A stretch of DNA of 64,000 nt. It comes from Octopus sinensis. Its lineage: Eukaryota. Below the pieces are notes generated by a model, which saw nothing but the letters and a program-made list of their open reading frames with translations, ran no database searches and was not told where the DNA came from. The position numbers and the translations under genes are program-made. The stretch is taken from positions 81,964,001-82,028,000 of the forward strand of contig NC_043000.1 of the NCBI RefSeq assembly GCF_006345805.1, written 5' to 3'. Position 1 is the first letter of the stretch, and each line of letters begins with the position of its first letter. Shown here piece by piece: positions 63,354-64,000 of the stretch.

Positions 63354-63497
63354 GTGTGTGTGTTATGGCAATATTAGATTTCATCTATTATAACAGCTTC
63401 TTCCAGTTCAATCTATAATGTTACTCCATATGTATGATTTGATATTTGAAGTTACTGAAGAGCTAGTAATTAATCTGGCTCTGATGTTTTCTTTCTT

Positions 63498-63785
63498 GGA
63501 TCTTTGCGGTTTTCGTCACTGTTTACAGTTTTGTTGTAATTGTTTTCAATTTTGGTATATGGATTAAGTTTTGTATACTAATTATGAAAATGAAATTAAT
63601 TTTCCCTATAAATCCATAATCAAAAAGTCATTAGCCTTTAAGATTTGCAAAATTTTGGTATCTTAGCCAATCAGAAGCACGTATTTTACACATCAACGTG
63701 CCAAAAAACTGTGTTTCTGTAGTAACCAAAGATGCTACGCAGGCGCACAAGGAGGAGAAAGAGATACGAGAAAGATAGTCTTCTA
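63498..63785. mobile_element. partial copy of the 18.6-kb Kolobok-like MITE (opposite orientation)
   Basis: GGATCTTTGCGGTTTTCGTCACTGTTTA...TTAGCCAATCAGAA...GAGATACGAGAAAGATA. Confidence 0.7.
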
Positions 63786-64000
63786 CTATAATAATATTCT
63801 TGTGTTTTTCTTCGTCACAGCATACGAATGGGAAAGGAAGGAGTGATAGATGAATAAGGAAGAAAAGGGTTACGGCAAACTGGTAGAGGGAGCGCTTCAA
63901 CTCTGTGTGAGTATATGTGTTTGTTTGTAAAAGGGTAGGTATGTGAATGTTTGTGTGCGTGTGCGTCTATGTATGTGTGTATGTGTGCGTGTGCGTGTGT

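Overview
AT-rich, microsatellite-dense eukaryotic DNA. The SINE families and overall repeat content point to an octopus (coleoid cephalopod) genome; this is an inference. The window is almost entirely transposon relics plus simple repeats, and most computed ORFs are microsatellite artefacts. Relics include RTE and Tx1-type LINE pieces, at least four Penelope-like element (PLE) remnants, Tc1/mariner, Tigger/pogo, piggyBac, Helitrons, MITE/foldback elements and several tRNA-derived SINE families. Only one convincing host coding segment was found: a GC3-rich candidate terminal exon on the minus strand (35384-35659) resembling the M3-M4 end of a Cys-loop ligand-gated ion channel. The most notable unexplained structures are: (i) several minimal hammerhead-ribozyme motifs in PLE-type terminal repeats, one with a compensatory G3:C8 core swap; (ii) a 7-kb chain of Helitron ends joined by three exact CTAG|TC junctions around different fillers; (iii) three Tx1-type 3' ends embedded in (TATC)n, whose terminus is shared with a SINE subfamily that repeatedly lies inside its own family's head region. 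All family assignments come from motif recognition by eye, without database searches. Many boundaries are approximate.
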